64,000 nt of DNA from Bilabrum cf. latius. Lineage: Eukaryota. Below the pieces are notes generated by a model that saw only the letters and a program-made list of their open reading frames with translations, was not told the origin of the DNA and ran no database searches. Below are positions 36,462 to 51,500 of this stretch, in pieces. A program made the translations under genes and the position numbers. How positions within the stretch are numbered: position 1 is the stretch's first letter; each line of letters begins with the position of its first letter. The stretch covers positions 620,001-684,000 of the forward strand of contig OZ237745.1 of assembly GCA_965178125.1 (NCBI GenBank). Direction: 5' to 3'.

Positions 36462-37978
36462 TCCCCCTATCACTCTCTTCCCCATCTGCGTCTCCTTACT
36501 CGATCTGGTACAGAGGTTCCAGGTGTCTACAGCGCTAGTGGATTTGGGCGGGGGCCACGTGCTGGCGCAGTTCCGCTGCGCCCGCCGCCTAGTTCCGCGC
36601 ATGCTCCGCTCGTGGGGTAACCCCGCGGAGCCGCTCGGAACAAAGGTGCACGTAACCCCGCTGGGACCCCCCGGGGTCGCTTGCGCCCCCGGATAGCCCC
36701 ATCGCCGCAGGCCCGACCTAGGGCGGCATCTGTAGCACTAGTAATACTCTGTACCTGAGCAGGTGGCCCTTCTGGATCCTCCTCCATCCGCCGCATGGAC
36801 GAGGTCCGATCCAGTCGGCACCACCAGGCATGGTCGCCCCCGGCTTCAATCGATGGGGATCCACGCAGGTCTCCCACCACACCGACGACTTGAAGTTGCT
36901 GTGGGCCCTACGTCCTCGCAGGGTGATCCGCAGCCCGGTGCGCCATCGCAGGATTCGCCCCGCTCCTTCCAGACGGATGGGTGGCCAGACTGCCCGCCGC
37001 GGCAATCCTCCACATCGCTGTCCGCCTGAGCCGGGCCCTCCTCTCTGCTGTGCAGGAACCACCAGAAAATGGGCAGTGCATGCAGACCCACCCGCATGCA
37101 CTCCCCACCTCCGATGTCCTGGGCCGAGGCGAGCTCTCCACACCTTTGAGGCAAGTCAGTGAGTGCGTAGCTCTTCCGACTCGCGTCTATGTCGACGTGC
37201 CCGAGGGTGTCTTTCGACCCCACGGGACCCAGCCGACGTGGTGTTTCCTGCCCAACCATCACCGAGCCACCGCTCTGGTGGGGTTATCACCCCCCACCGC
37301 GGCCGTGGCTCACGCCGTGGACTCAGCATTTACCTTCCTTCGCGGCGACCAGACCCGACTGACTAAGGGTGCCCTACGCACCAGGTGGCACTTACGTCAC
37401 ACCCGGAGCTGACTAGTCCCCTACCGCGGGGATCATCATCAGCACCGCCAGAGCCCGGCAAGTCTACGTGCGAGCTACCGGGGTGGGCGATGGTAGGGTC
37501 GCCCCTTGGCGCGTCACCCACTGAGAGAGTGGACGCCGCCGTGCATGAGCGACGTGCACGGGCCCAATGGGTTGGTCTGGCCCCCACTAGGGAAGGGCAC
37601 GGTCCGAGATGCAATGGCACCTCGCGTCTGCGATGTTGGATCTGGGAGGTGGGCTGAGTGGCACCCTCCCGGTTGCTAGTCGGGGGCTGTTGTTGTGCTG
37701 CAATCAACCTGTCGCAAAACAATCATAGGAAAAAAAGGAATAGAAAGGAAGGCACCCTGAGCTCTTCGGTGGTATACACCTTGATCCTCTGTGGAAGTGA
37801 GGTGAACTGCTCGCCGCGCGCCCTACGTTCCGTTTCGCTGCGTCGGGCCACTCTTCCGTGGCCTAGGTCGCTTGTGAACCCAGTCTAGTCGGCCAGTGCA
37901 CTAAGGCAAGCCCAAAACGGGCCGGCTCCGAATCTCCTGCCCCACATCAACAAAAGCAAAGTGCTGCATCTTGAGCAA

Positions 37979-39874
37979 ATGCTGCGGAGAGCATGCCGGT
38001 TGCAAGTAAAATCCGAGAATTTTTGTAGAGGTTTTCAATCCTGCACGCGGGCCCGGCATAAGAGATCTGTTGCTTGCTCTGCGGACCTGAGAGTGTCCAA
38101 AGCAGGTTTGCACGTGAGGCACGAAACACTATGCGGGGTATCTACTGATGCGGTATTTCCGGCATGGTGGCTTGCGCTTGAAGACTTCAGTACGAACCAG
38201 AGAGATGCCTAGTCGAAATAGAAGCTGGAGGATATCCGATCATCGGGAGTTGCAGTTGGGGATCGAACTGGAACGATCGAGCAAGTGCGTCTCATGTCCC
38301 CGTCTAACCGCCGAAATACAGACATCCTCGGTGGGATGGATGCGATATACAGCCATGACGAACAGGTTGTAGAAGTTCTGTTCGCTGACGGTAGACAAGC
38401 CATCTTCCCGCTTGGCTGGCTCGCAAGCCACGCGACATCGATAGCGGACCTGAATCAGGCTGCCGAGCACGAAGAGTAGCTCACAAGCGCTCTACATACT
38501 AGATGTGATGAAATTGGCCGAGGTTCACCGCTGTCTGAGTCTGGTGGCGCGACAGGGAGCAAGTAGTCAGCTCCAACTGAGACTGCACCTTCACATGAAG
38601 CCGTGTCTACCGTGCTGCCCCCGCACACGAGCGACTACAGTCGTGACGTACGATGGTTGCACGATTCGGTCATTATAGAATCGCGGGCTTAGTTGCAAAG
38701 CGCGAAAGGAGGTGGCACCACAAACACCCACAGTGGCCGAATCTCTGCAACCCTCGACCGAATCTCGCGATCTCACGGGGCCGCCGTTCCACAGCTGTGG
38801 ATTGCCAGGGACTGGGGCCGCGACAGGGAGCAGCAAATAGAGGCCCTTCGATGGCACTCCCTTCGTGACGTGCTGATCCATGAGTCCGCCGCGATGGCCT
38901 GGCTGGGTGACGCCAGGACCCTCGGGTTCTCCCTGATGAGCGGGCTGCCCGACCAGGACGGTGCGGTGGCGGACGCGTGCGAGCTGTTCGGGCCAGTGCG
39001 GGAGACAGTTCCATACGGCCGGACCTTTCAGGTGAAGCACCAGCCATTCGCGTGGAACATGACCTTCAACTCTGCGGGGCTTGACCCGCACACTGACAAC
39101 CCGTACAGAGATCCCACGCCGTCCATCCAGCTGCTGCACTGCCGCCAGTCGGCGCGAAAGGGGGGAGAGACCACCCTTGTAGATGGCTTCGCGGCAGCCG
39201 AGACTCTTCGGCTCCGCAGCCCGGATGGATTCGAGCTGCTGTCACAGTACCCTGCTACCTTTGAGTTCGTGAAAGGGGCTGGCTTCAAGCAGGGTGGCAT
39301 GGACCTGCACGCCAGGGAACAAAATGGTGCGGGCGGAGAGCAACAGGCGGAAGGTTCCCACGGAGCGGGTAGGGCGGCTCGACTGCTGGGTGAAGCCACA
39401 GGGGCTGGCGGGTCTGTCGTAGGCGAGTGGTGCCGCAGCACCGCCATGCGGGATACTTCCTGTCACTTGTTCGCACGGAAACGACTGATCGAGGCGGAAG
39501 CCGACGGGAGGATCACCGGCATCACATTCAACTGCCGCACAATGGGGCCACCCGAAGTGCCCAGCCGCCTGCTGGACGACTGGATGCGAGCATATGACTA
39601 GTTCAGCTCCATCTGCAATGACCCTGTCAGGGCGCTGTGCTTCCAGCTGCAGCCTGGATGCATGTACATGGTGGACAACAGGAGGGTGCTGCACGGCAGA
39701 CTCGCGTTCGAAGGACCCAGCGGAGGAGGGCCCAACCAGCCTGCTAGTGGGGGATCCAAAGACTCAAATGAGGAAGGGGTAGTAAGGCACGTGGAGGGGT
39801 GCTACGGAGACATGGACGCGCTGGCAAGCCTCCACAGGGTTCTATCAACGCAGTACGGGGATGGGCGCAAGTGA
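37979..39874 (+). CDS. BBOX1: Gamma-butyrobetaine hydroxylase-family dioxygenase (copy 2)
   Basis: Same translation as 10406-12301 at +27,573. Confidence 0.88.
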
Positions 39875-40057
39875 GGACCGAACTCCATGTCATGGACCAT
39901 CTTGGTTGACCAAGGTTGCATTGTCCATCCCGAACTGGGAATCCAGCCTGGGACATTTCACGATTCGATGATTGCGTGTACAATTTGGTATTGACGGGTG
40001 CCGAATCCGCGACGTACGACAACCACAGCACACCGCTCTGGGAAAGCGGCATCCACC

Positions 40058-42316
40058 ATGTGCATGCAATATTTTACCTTCAAGTCTTTGTTTGATCTGC
40101 CGCGGTCAACGTCCAAGGGAGGGGACTTGGGGACACACGTGTACCTGACACGTCTCGAAATCTTATGGGTTCTTGCTGCTGCTTATTTCTTGTACAAGCC
40201 CAGTGGGCCATCGTCTGTGTGGGTACTCACAGGTTTTGGTTGGTTTTTCTTCGGCGGGGCTTGGCGTTGGCAGATGTACCCGCTGTCGCTAGCTAGTCTA
40301 GCGCTAACGCCAGGCCTCGTACTGGCAGAAGACTTTTTTGCAGTTGAGCTGGCCGGGCAGGCTCTTTGGCTCGCTGCGGGGATATGCCTGATGCTTACTT
40401 TAGTCTTCTGCGCATTTATCCCAGTTGCACGACTTCCCGAGCCCAGCGGGCCCTTCAAAGAGATCGTTCGTCACAACGCGTTCATGGCAGACGACGAGTC
40501 CGGGTGCGTCGCGAGCGTCATGTACCCCGCAAGAACCCAGTGGAGAGACAGGCAGCGAGCGTCGTACTACCGAAAAACGTACCAGCAAGCGCAGGGCATC
40601 GCATGGTACTTGCGGCACCGCATGATGGGAATCAACGTGGTGCCATCGTTCGCATTCAACTTCAGCGTGCACGCGGGCAGCAACCTGTGGGACGAGCCGT
40701 ACTGCGCGTAGGACGAGCGAGCCCTCTTTCGTGTGGGTGCAAAGGACATGTACGACTCGACCACCGCGGGCTCTCGCACCCGAAGGCGCCTCCCGGGAGA
40801 GTCACCCGGCCTTCCACTCGTCATCCTGTCCCACGGGCTGGGTGGGTGCCCCGCCCTATACACGGTCCTGGCGCAGGAACTGGCTAGCGAGGGCTTCATC
40901 GTGATCGCCCCAGAGCACCGCGACGGCTCCTGCTGCTTCACAGCGCTCCCCGTCAAGTTCAAGACGCAGATGTACTACGCGCACGTGGACGACATCGAAG
41001 GCGTGAAAGGAAACCCCGATGCCTTCTACGCTACTCGGCGGAGCCAGTTGCAGACCAGGGTGGAGGAGGTGCTCATGCTGGTGGACAGCGCCCGCGCCTA
41101 CTCACTCGAGGGCATGGACGAAGAAGAGGAGGGCAAGGTACCGAGGGTGCCCGCGGGTATGGCCACCCCGTCCGGGTCGTCCGCACTGACGACTTCGTCG
41201 GCGACAGGAGAGAAGGACACGAAGAGGAAGACGGTGAGCGTCAGAACTCGCACGGGCAAGCACGGCAGGCAGAGCGCCTCTGCCAAGGCGGCCACAGCGG
41301 CCAGCGAGGAGCAGCAGTCGGCCAAGGAGCGACGCAAGGCGGTGGACAAAGTAGTCATGACCACGGAGCTGGCCATGGTCAAAGAGATGCTCAAGCGATT
41401 CGTGGACGTGTCTAGGGTTGCCATCGTGGGCCACAGCTTCGGTGGCGCCACCGCACTGGAGGCAGCCGCCGCCCGGCCCGGCGTCTTCAAGGCCGTGGTG
41501 GCCCTTGACACATGGACCAGGCCGCTGGCGAGAGATACCGTCGAGAAGGGCATCCCGCACACGCCCGTGCTGTCCATCACGTGTCCCCACTTCGAGGAGC
41601 CCTTCAACGGCCCGGCCCTTGGGCTGCTGCTAGACGCCGAGTACAGGGAGAGGCACGCGGGCCAGGGAACAGAGCAGGCCGCGGCAGAGGCGCTGAAGCC
41701 GCTCGCGCAGAAGGGCGTGTTCGACCGCAAGTCGGGCAAGGGTAAGAAGAAGAAGAAAAAGAAGAAGGGAAAGTCGTCCAAGAAGGATAAGAAGGAAGGC
41801 GCCGAGGCAGCAGCCGCCCCTGGCGAGGCAGACGAGGGAGAGGAAGAAGAAGAGGCAAAGGCAGTGGACATGGTCAAGGTTCTCAAGCAGAGGAGGCAGC
41901 GATGCAACGGAGTGGTCACCGAGGAGGGAACAATCGCCCAGGTGGCCCGACTGGACCCCTCCTCTGCCAGGACTGGGGTGCACCCAAAGTCACAGATGCT
42001 CACTGTTGAGCCGGCCACGCACCAGAGCTTTTCCGACGTCGTGTCGCTGGTGGGGCCGCTGATGGCTTCCTAGGGGGTGGGGCCTAAGGGTGCAAACCCG
42101 GGGGCGGTGCTCAAGGCGATATCGAGGAAGACGATCGAGTTCCTGCGGGAGCACCTTGAGCTCCCCACCCCGGCCGCACCGGTTGCCGGCCAGAACGGCT
42201 GGACGGAGAGCGAGGTATAGGGCGCCTTGCGGGAGGTGGACGGGGTATCGTTCCGCAAGTTTAGGGCAGATGATATGCCGGGAGCTCGCGCGAGCGGCGG
42301 TGGACCGGGGGAGTGA
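40058..42316 (+). CDS. PAF-acetylhydrolase-family hydrolase (copy 2)
   Basis: Same translation as 12485-14743 at +27,573. Confidence 0.9.
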
Positions 42317-42539
42317 TTGTTGCATGTCTTGCAAGCGAGGGCCAAGGAGCGCCTCTCGGACCCTGCCTAGGGCAGCTGAGTACCGCGGCAGTCGTCCCGT
42401 CGAGATCGCCCATGTCTGTCGTTTGATGACGGATCTTAAAAATTCTGAATAAAACACTTGTCGTAGCAAGACATGCAGATCAATGCTCGCCAGTTAACAG
42501 CCAAAGCTTCTATTGAAGGTTCCACCCGCCGCCAAGCGG

Positions 42540-45500
42540 ATGGCACCGTCGTGTTATCGTTCCGTGCATTGCTATCCCTTGCAAGGAGCTTTAAAGCACG
42601 GAAGTCATTTGAATAGCTCTGCTGCACCGACGTTTCAACCTCTGCACGCGCTAGAAAATTACAATCTTACCTCGATACACGAAATTGGACTTAATGGACT
42701 CTCAGAGCTGTGTGGACTCAACCCAGCATTCTATGAATTTCAGTCCACCTTGTTCGGCAGGAGCCTACTCGACAAAGACAGGGAACTCCTTGATTCGGCA
42801 GAGATTAGCAAGATCTCTGCCATAATCGACAAGTTTCTTCATTTGTTGTCTCCTTATTTTGCAACAAGGCCCGCCCAGAAGGCATTAGAATTCCTAGTCA
42901 GGCATTTCAAGTGAGTTCCATGCTAAAGGTCTGGGCGCTGCTCCCGCCGTGCCATCGAATGCCTCTTGATGCCCATGCTCAGTAACGAAGCACGCCACAA
43001 CGTCTTTTGTTCCACTTTCGTATTGCAGGGTGCAAGAGTTCCATGTAGACTCGCTGTTGTCATGCGCCTTACCAGCTCACGACACGAGGTTTTTTGCAAG
43101 GATTGCAAACCTTGCCCCCTTGAAGAATACGCGGTGGCAGTTCCTGGCTAGAATATCTCGGACCGGAAGCCCTCTCCCAAGAGCGGTGCTTGCGCTACAG
43201 TGCGTTAAGGACCCTTCAGTGTTGCAATTTGTGCTAGATTTGGCTACCAACTAGGAGCGGAAGCCTCACCGAACAACCGTCTCCTTCGTGGCTGCCACTG
43301 CGCGAGATGCTCTAGCGAGGGCTTCACCAGAGCAGATGGAGCCAGTGCTAGCATCCGTGTCTCGCTGCATCGCGAAGACAAGCACCTCAGAGTCCGCAGA
43401 GGTCCGCGCTCTGTGCCTCGTTCTCATCGCCAGTGCGTCCTCTGCCGCGCGACTCTCCGAAGACACGATGGGCGCCCTCCTGAGGGCATGGACAGAGGTG
43501 GCTGCCAGGGCGACAGCAGCATCCTCCGCGGAGAAGTAGATGGAATGCGCCGCGGCTCTGGCCAGCGCCCTGGCCTCGCAAGACGCGCTGGCGCTCAGGT
43601 CCAGGAGCAAGCGGGCTGCAAGGGCCGAGCCAGTGGGGCAGGCTGCGCTAGAGGGATTCGCGGCTGGGCAGCAGCACGCCGCTGCCCTGCCTAGTCTTCC
43701 GAAAAAGGCGGCTTCCAGCGGATCAGGAGCAAACTCTGCATCCATGTCAGCCTCGTCCAATCGATTGAGGGCCACCGATGCGGCCGAGTACAGCGGTGCC
43801 ATGGGGCGGTTTGCCTCCAGGGTAAGCAGCTTAACCTGGATAGGAGGCGCACTGTAGCGCCTATCAAGAACCTCGGACGTGTCTGCTGTCGTGAGGCATG
43901 CGCTCGGGGACGCCGTTCAGGGCTTGGGCCACCGACCTGGCTAGGAAGAGGTGCTGGCCGGGCTCGTGAAGATGCTAGCGGGCGTGTCTGTATCCGATGC
44001 TATAGTTGCTGAGCTTATTGGTCTCGTAGTTGGTATGGCGAGCAGTCTGCTGCGTGGTAGTTCATCCGGCATCGCGCCTTCCTCTTCTGTGGGTGAGGAT
44101 CTCGCCGCGCTTGGAGCCACTCTGCCGATGCTAGCTCTCCTGTCGCAAGCAGGGGCGCAGGTGTCGCTGCAGCTGTGCATGCGGCTTGTGCATCGCCAGG
44201 AAGAGGGCGTGCCAAAGGCGTTGCTCGACTGGATGCAAAATTATCTGAAGGCGAGTCCGTTGGCCCCCTTGCGAGCCGGCGTGCAGTCCGCGTCTGGCTC
44301 AGAGTCGTCGACAAGCTACCTTGATGTCACCACGCTTCCATACGCGCTGACGAGCAGCGATGTACAGGTGCGTCTTGATGCTATCAAGAAGCTTGCCGAG
44401 CTGGTCGACGAGACGGTACAGCGCAGCGAAATAGCTGCAGCCGGCTCGGCTGCGATGACTGACAGTGAGGATGAGGAGGACAGCAGGAGAGGCGGCCCAC
44501 ATGGTAGCAGTGCCCGCACCCAGAGCAATTCATTCATGCGTAGCGCCGTGGCTTTGAGACAGTTTGACGAAGATGCTTCCGTTGCACGACAGGCGCTTGA
44601 CCTTGAGACCAAGATGATCCTAGCTGGGGCGGGGCATGCGGCCGATGTGCACGAGGCTGGAGTATCCATTGGGCAGCACGATATCGTGCTCGATGGCACG
44701 CCAGGCGTGGCTGTGTCAAGGTTCTCCAAGGTTGAGCAGTATTGGCAGAGAGTTGCAACATCGCAGGCCAGCAGTAGCGAGGAAGTTATTGCCGCCAATG
44801 AAGCGGTGTAGGCAAGCTTGCGTGCGTGCGGGGCAGTTGCTCGTTCCGCTGCAGATGCTGCCTCCAAGTCGATGGCAGTCATGGTCTTGCTGAATCACGT
44901 CCCCGTTGGCACAGAAACTCCATCTGTTGTTGATGCGGAGGCCCTAAAGCAGCTGGTTGCCGCCTCCTCGAGGTTCCCACCTCTGCGGTATCTCGCAGGT
45001 ATTCCGTCTGAATCCAGCTCAGACCTACCGAAGGTAAGATAGCGCATACATTCCGTTTGCGTGGTTAAGTTGGCCTCGTGGTTGACAGCCTGGTTTCTGA
45101 TGATTACACCCTAGTCTCGTTCGTCTGAGTTGGGGGCACAGACCCTCACGCCGAAGACAAACCCTAATATCGGAAATACTTTATGAAGAAAGCAGGCGGT
45201 CCATATTTGTTGCAAGATTGGAGCCAGTGCGTTATCTTGATGCTGTTACTACCACCAACGACTTTGTTGCCATCGTTCGAACATATCTCGCAGGATGTGG
45301 CAAAGCAGCTCGTGCGAGCGTGCTCGCGGGCAGCTTCGGAGCCAGCCGAACAGGGCCAGACTCTAGCCCTGCTCAAGGCAATGGGAGCCTCACCCTCGCC
45401 TCGCCTGCGCTGGATCAGCGCGCTCGTGTTTGTGGAGGGTATCCGAATGGCTGGTGCGGCAGCAAACGCGCTGGCAGGATCGGCTGCGTCTATCATGTGG

Positions 45501-48500
45501 CCGCGCCCTATCGACGGTGAGGCGTCCTCCCGCAAGGCTGCCAGGAGAAGGAGCCGCTCTGCCTCCATGTCCTCGGTGGGGAGTGCGGGTGCACTGGAGT
45601 CAGCGGAAGCTACCGCTGACGCCAGGTCTGCTGAAGGTCGCAGCGCCGTAGAAGCTGCGGCCAAGCTAGCCCTCACATCGGCGCCTGTATTTGCTCGGCT
45701 TGTGTCGCAAAGAACCGACCACAGGGTCAGCTCTGTAATCGACTTGCTCGCTATAGCAGAGCATGACCTGGCCCTCAGCCCGCACGATGCGCCTGATGTG
45801 GAGTCCAAGCAGGAGCGGGCGTCAGGTGTCACTGCAAGGGCCCAGCTGGCTGTGCAAGGTGTCGTGCTGACGTCACGCCTGCTCGAGAGCTGCGTGAGAT
45901 GGGCGGCAGCCCAGACGACATCTTCAAAGGGAGATATTGCGGTCGAAGTCACCCGGCGCGTCGTGCATGCGATGCAGGGCGAGCTCAGCCCTGAGGCAAA
46001 TGTGCTCGATACCGCCACCCTGGCCTACTGCAAGACCATCAGTTTCGGTCTTCGGTGCATCGGAATGGGTATGGACGGGTCTGTTGCAGGTAAAAACACA
46101 GAGCTTACGAGTGTAGCTAGCTATGTGGGTGCATCATTGTGCCTCAAGTCGTCATCAACAGCCCTAGCAAATGGCAGCCTCACGGCCACGCCGCCATTTG
46201 CAGCCCTGTTGGCCACTCTGGTAGCGCCTTTAAGCCGGAGTTCGGGTGCAACCGAAGCAGCCCTGCAGGTGCTGTGCGTCCATGCCGTTGATGCCGTTGG
46301 GCACGTGCGAACAGCAAGCCAGCATGCAGAAGGAAAGAAGTGCCTGCTTGAATTCGCCGACAGGTACCGTGCGTGCTTGGCGCCATGCTTGCTGATGGGA
46401 TTCGTGTGTCTCTAGCATGCAAGCTCTGGGGTGCGATCTGCGGCGTTGCGCTTGCTTGGGGCCAGCTCAAAGCTGCACAAAGCTGTACTGAAGGCAAGCT
46501 CAGACGGGAGCAGCAAATCAGATGGAGTCGAAGGGCACGTTGCGGTTGCATCTGCCCATCAGCTAGAGGCTTCTGTCCCTGCGTTGGAGGCTCAGGTCAT
46601 CACGCTGTTTTGTGGGAGATCATCAGCCGCCAGCGAAGACGCTGAATCACGGAGAGCTGCTGTGGCACGAGCTGGCGGATACTCAACCCATCTGGCCTGG
46701 CTAGGTAAGAGCCTAGCGCAGAAGTACGCGTCGTAGATTGTTGCCGCGGCCTCAGCATCATCTGCCTGTGTGGCCGACCTGTGCTCAAGCGTGCAGATCC
46801 AGTAGCGGGCCAGGTGTGCTGTGACTTTGATGCACGCGGCGCATGGGGCCCTGCACAGCGCGCCCATGGCCGCAGTCTCCTTGATTAGGGTAGCACTTTC
46901 CAGCGCCGCCCCCATGGGCTACGGTAGCCCGACCTACGAGAGATCGTACGCCAGTGATGCAATCGGCACGTGCGGGGTAGCCCTGCTCCGACCTGCCGCT
47001 GCCATTGTCGCCGAGCTTGTTGGAGACGCATCGGTGCACGGCTCTCTGTCAGAGCCTGCTGTCCTGTTGCTGCATAGGTCCCTTGCTGTCGTGCGAGCTG
47101 CCGCAAGCCGGGCTGATGACAGCGACGTCTCCAAGCATTTGAGGTCGTTCGGGGTGCGAGTGCTCATGCACGCTGCTACGGTTGCTCCGTTTGAGATCGT
47201 CTCGTTTTCATCCGTTGCTGACTTTGCCAAGGCTCGTGACTTTGGCAAGATTGCTGCCGAAGGTCGGGTGGCCGCGATCGAGGTACGCGCAATGTTTGCC
47301 AAGCATGGTGTGCTCAGCAACTTGGCTCAGCCGGCGGCCTTCAATGCCCTAGCCAAAGCAAGGCACTTCGCGTCCCATGGTGCGCGAGCCGTGCACGCTT
47401 TATCGGAAGCCAATATAGGCCCAGGCCGCCGCGCGCCCCTGTTGCCTAGTGTGGTTGCCAGCCTACCAGACCAAAGCAACGGATCAGAAAGCGAATCCCT
47501 GGCCGGGCCCGCCGTATCCGGCTCGAGCTCCAGCGAGGATGAGCTACAGGCAAGCATGGCTGCTGATGAAGCGACCTATAGCTACCCCTTGGTCATGCCA
47601 ATCAATACTGAAGCTTACAACAAAGGAATGCCACCGACGTGCCGTGACGAGATGGTGCAGCGCCTCGTCTTCGTTGCAATGCGAGGCCCCGACAAGAGCA
47701 CGAGAGCTGCCATCGCTGGCCTGCGACGGCTTGGGGCGGGAGCGGCCTCTCTGAGCTTGGCCCTCTCTGCCTTGGGGTTAGCCAGAGTGGGTGATGGCCA
47801 CTCCGCAGTACTAGCTAGTCCTGAACTTGCCGGCGAAGGTTCCGATGTCTTGCAAATGTACCTGCAGTCGGTATCCAGCCTTCTCTCTGTTGTTGTGGCT
47901 TGCCTTGATGCTGACGAGTGCGACGAGAGCGAAGGCGAATGGGACACGCTCCTGCCCCAGGTCCAAGGGCTATTGGCAAGGTGCCTCTTCCATAGCTGGG
48001 CGTCCTCGGATCGAGAGGCGAAGCTGGAAAGCCTGTCTCCAACTGTGGACCCAGCCGAGAGGGCTACTCTAACGAGCAGGAGTGGAAGAACTGCCCAATC
48101 AGTGGGTGATGCGCAGCACGTTGCGCTGCTTGCGCTGACTGTTCTATACCGAATCAGCCAGCAAATGGAGTCGGACAGAGATGCGTGCTCAGTCATCGAC
48201 GTTGCCTTGGTCGAGGCTTGGGCGCATGACACCAACCCCTCATTGCAACGGGCTGCCCTCCTGCTGCTCAGTGCATACGCTAGACTGAAGCCAGTCGAGG
48301 TGCTCAACCGCCTGATGGCAGTCTTCGCCGAGCTTGCGATCCGCAACATGGGTAGCGACGATCCGTTAGGCTTTGCCATGGCGCAGAAGATGCTCTCACA
48401 CGTGCTGCCTACGGTTGTGGCTCACGGTGAATTGGTCGGGATCAGTGCCTCGCATGTGGTGAGGCTCTTCTCATCTCTGATAGGTATCGTCCCGGTGCAC

Positions 48501-51500
48501 CGCAGGCAGCCTCTCTTTGCAGCCCTGCTAGAATCCCTGGGAGTCGCAGAAAAGGAGAAGAAGTCGGTAGGATTGGTCTCTGATGGTTCGGAGGCCGAGA
48601 AAGGAAGCCTGTCTCCTGCCGACGGTGAAGATGCGCGCGTGGATCTCGATGGCATGCTGGATGGCAAGGCCAAGTACGCCAGCGTGGCTGCTGCCCTGCT
48701 CCTGTCGGGCTATGTGACGCGTCAGGACTCCTCGACCGAAGTGAGGAGAACTGGCTGGCGGCAGCTCTCCCTGGAGGACGCGGGGCGAGAGGCCCTCAGC
48801 TATGTTGAAGACGACACGTTCGAAGCCGATGAACACATGCTCTTTGGGGCTGTGCAGCAGGCTGTGTAGCCCTCTGATGGTAAGCCGATTCCGGTGCAGG
48901 CGTTCACAGGACCCCCCAGGCTGGTGCCCAGGACACTGGCTGCCCTTGGCTCTGATCTATACGACGAAGAGGGCACGCTGGCGCAGGCTGTGTTCCTTGC
49001 TGGCGCTGATGCCGCCATCAACGCTAGGCTGCCGTCAACGCTTGAGCTGTGTCGCTCCTTGCTTGGTCGCAGCAGTGCCGAGAGGCAGGTCCTGCAGCTG
49101 GCGCAGCTCACAGGCATTGCATCTGCCGTGCTCGACGCGTCCTCTTCAACAGTATCGGATGGGGTGGCTAAGGAAGGCAAAGATGCCGGGGGCGATGATG
49201 ATGATGATGAGAGCAGCGAGAAGCTGGGCCCGGTATCCCAGGACTGCGTGGATGTATTGCAGGCGTGCGTGCCGACAGGGGCCTTCGCCGCGAGTCTTGT
49301 GGGCCAAGGACCGGTAGCAGGCGGCCCGGCGGACATGGAGGCCGACGACGAGAAGGTCGGCGGCTCTGGCATGTATGCCGCTGCCTCGGAGCCGCAGATG
49401 CTCGCGGTGGGGCTTAGCCTGGCTCGGTTTGCCGCCGCCCATCTGTCTACCCCGCAGTTCCTGGCTCAGTGCGCCGCCAAGGGCAGAGCTGGGGGGCGAT
49501 AGGGCGAGGCGCTTCAGGAGGCCTTCCTGCTGCTCTGCCAGGCAACCTTCCGCTTGCTGCGGAGGCAGGCGGTGGGGCAGGAGGAGGCTGAGCGAGGCCT
49601 AAGGTTCGCTCGCAGTCGCGCGAAATCCGCTTCTGGCGATGCCTCCCTGGCCGGGGTGGGGAAATCAATCAGCGAGGAACTGGGCGAGAGGTATGAGCTG
49701 ACTGGGGCCGTCAGGAGCTGCCGCAGCGCCGAGGAGGCCGTGGCATTCGCACGAGTGCATGCGTGGCGGGAGGCGGGGGAGGCTGCGTTTGCAGCCCTTA
49801 GCAAGATCGGCCAGCTGCTCAGCGTGGGAGCCTTCGCTGCTGTGGTTTCTGAGCTGCTGCAGCACGAGGACCCGGTGGTGCGCAGGAGGTCCATTTCCAT
49901 GTTCAATGCGCACGTGTCTGCTAGGGCAGACAAACTGACCCGGGCAGAGGCCCAGCTGTACCTGCACCTGCTGGAGGACCTGCTGCCTATGGTCCGCAGC
50001 CGGGAGGAGTCCCAGGAGACGAGGCAGACGGCCTTGCTGGCAGTAGAAGTGCTCGCCAGGAACTTCGCGAGCGAGTTTCCAGTGGCGTTCAGGCCTGCCC
50101 TCGAGGCGACTGCAGAGACGATCGACGCTTCTGCTGCGCGGGTCGGCGATGAGCTGCGTGCTGCTGCGTGCGTGTGTGTGCAGGCGATGGCAGGCCACAT
50201 GGGTACCTTGGTGATCAGCCACCTGTCCAGAGTCGTGCCGGCGCTGTTGAGCGCCGCGGAGCGGTCGCTTCCTTCTGCCACCGCCGGTGCTGCAGCAGCG
50301 AGTGGTTCCGGTGACGAGGGCAAGGGCGGCGATGACGCTGCTCGTGCCCTGCTCCTGCGATGCTCTCTCGGTGCGGTGGCTGTCTTCATGGACAAGTTTC
50401 CCTAGTTTATGCCTGGATTCCTGGTGCGTGTGCTGGCTACGACGTGCCACCCCGGGGTGGTGTCCCCGCCCGACGGTGCTATGGACATTGCATTCGGTGA
50501 GGAGCTCGTGGGTGCCATGTCGCAGGGGAGCTCGGGATCTGGACTTCAGGGCAGGATCCTCAAGGCGGTGCGGGCGCGCCGCGCCCTGGCAGGGACCCAG
50601 CAGCGGCTGCAGGAGAGCATGGCCAGGCTGGTGCCCTCGAGGGCGCTGTTGCCTCAGCTGCTCAAAGCACTCAAGAACAGCCGTGGGGGGGCAGTGGCCA
50701 CGGTGTGCGGTTGCCTGTCTGCTATCCAGGGAGCCCTCGAAAACGGTCGCCGCGTGGAAGTGAGCGGACTGGCCCCTAGAATTTCAGAAGGCCTGCTAGA
50801 TATGCTTGACTACAGGTGGCAGGCAGCGACGGCCGGAGCCTCGCGGCACAGCACCATCGTGGACCGTCAGGTGGGACGTACACTGGGCGCCCTTATCCTT
50901 CGCGTGAGCGGGGACGCTGCAAGGTCGCTTGTTGGGCTGCTGCTGGAGTGGGGCACCGCGGGCTTCGAGGAGCTCAAGGAGCTGGCCAAAGATGATGAAA
51001 AGGCTTTGATCGCTGGAATCGGCCGCCGGACATCAATGTACACGGTGCTGGGTGCCGTTATGCGTGCGGGGCAGGAGGCCCTCGTCGATGTCATGGGTGA
51101 TGCGTTCGAGGCTGTCTGCGCGGATCTCCGGGGCTGCTTCGTGCCAGTTCCGCTTGCAGCGCTTGCAAGCGATGAGGGTGCTGAGGAGGCACGAGCGGGC
51201 CAAAAGCGCGGGCGCAGTTCGGATTCGGACGAGGTCGGAAGCCCTCCGGCCAAGAAGCTGAGAGCGGACGACTCGTCAGGCAGCGACGCAGACTCGTCAG
51301 ATGACAGCGACTCAGATAGCGACAGTGACAGCGATGATGACGAGGCGGAGGAGGTGGCTTCCGAGTCTCGGCACGCAGACGCGATCACTGACGCGCAGAG
51401 CCGCTTTGTAGGCTTCCATGTGGTTGCCCGAAGCGCACCAAGGGGTGTTCGGGCTGCTGCAGCAGCATCAGAGACCAAGAGCACTGTGGATGATGCCGCC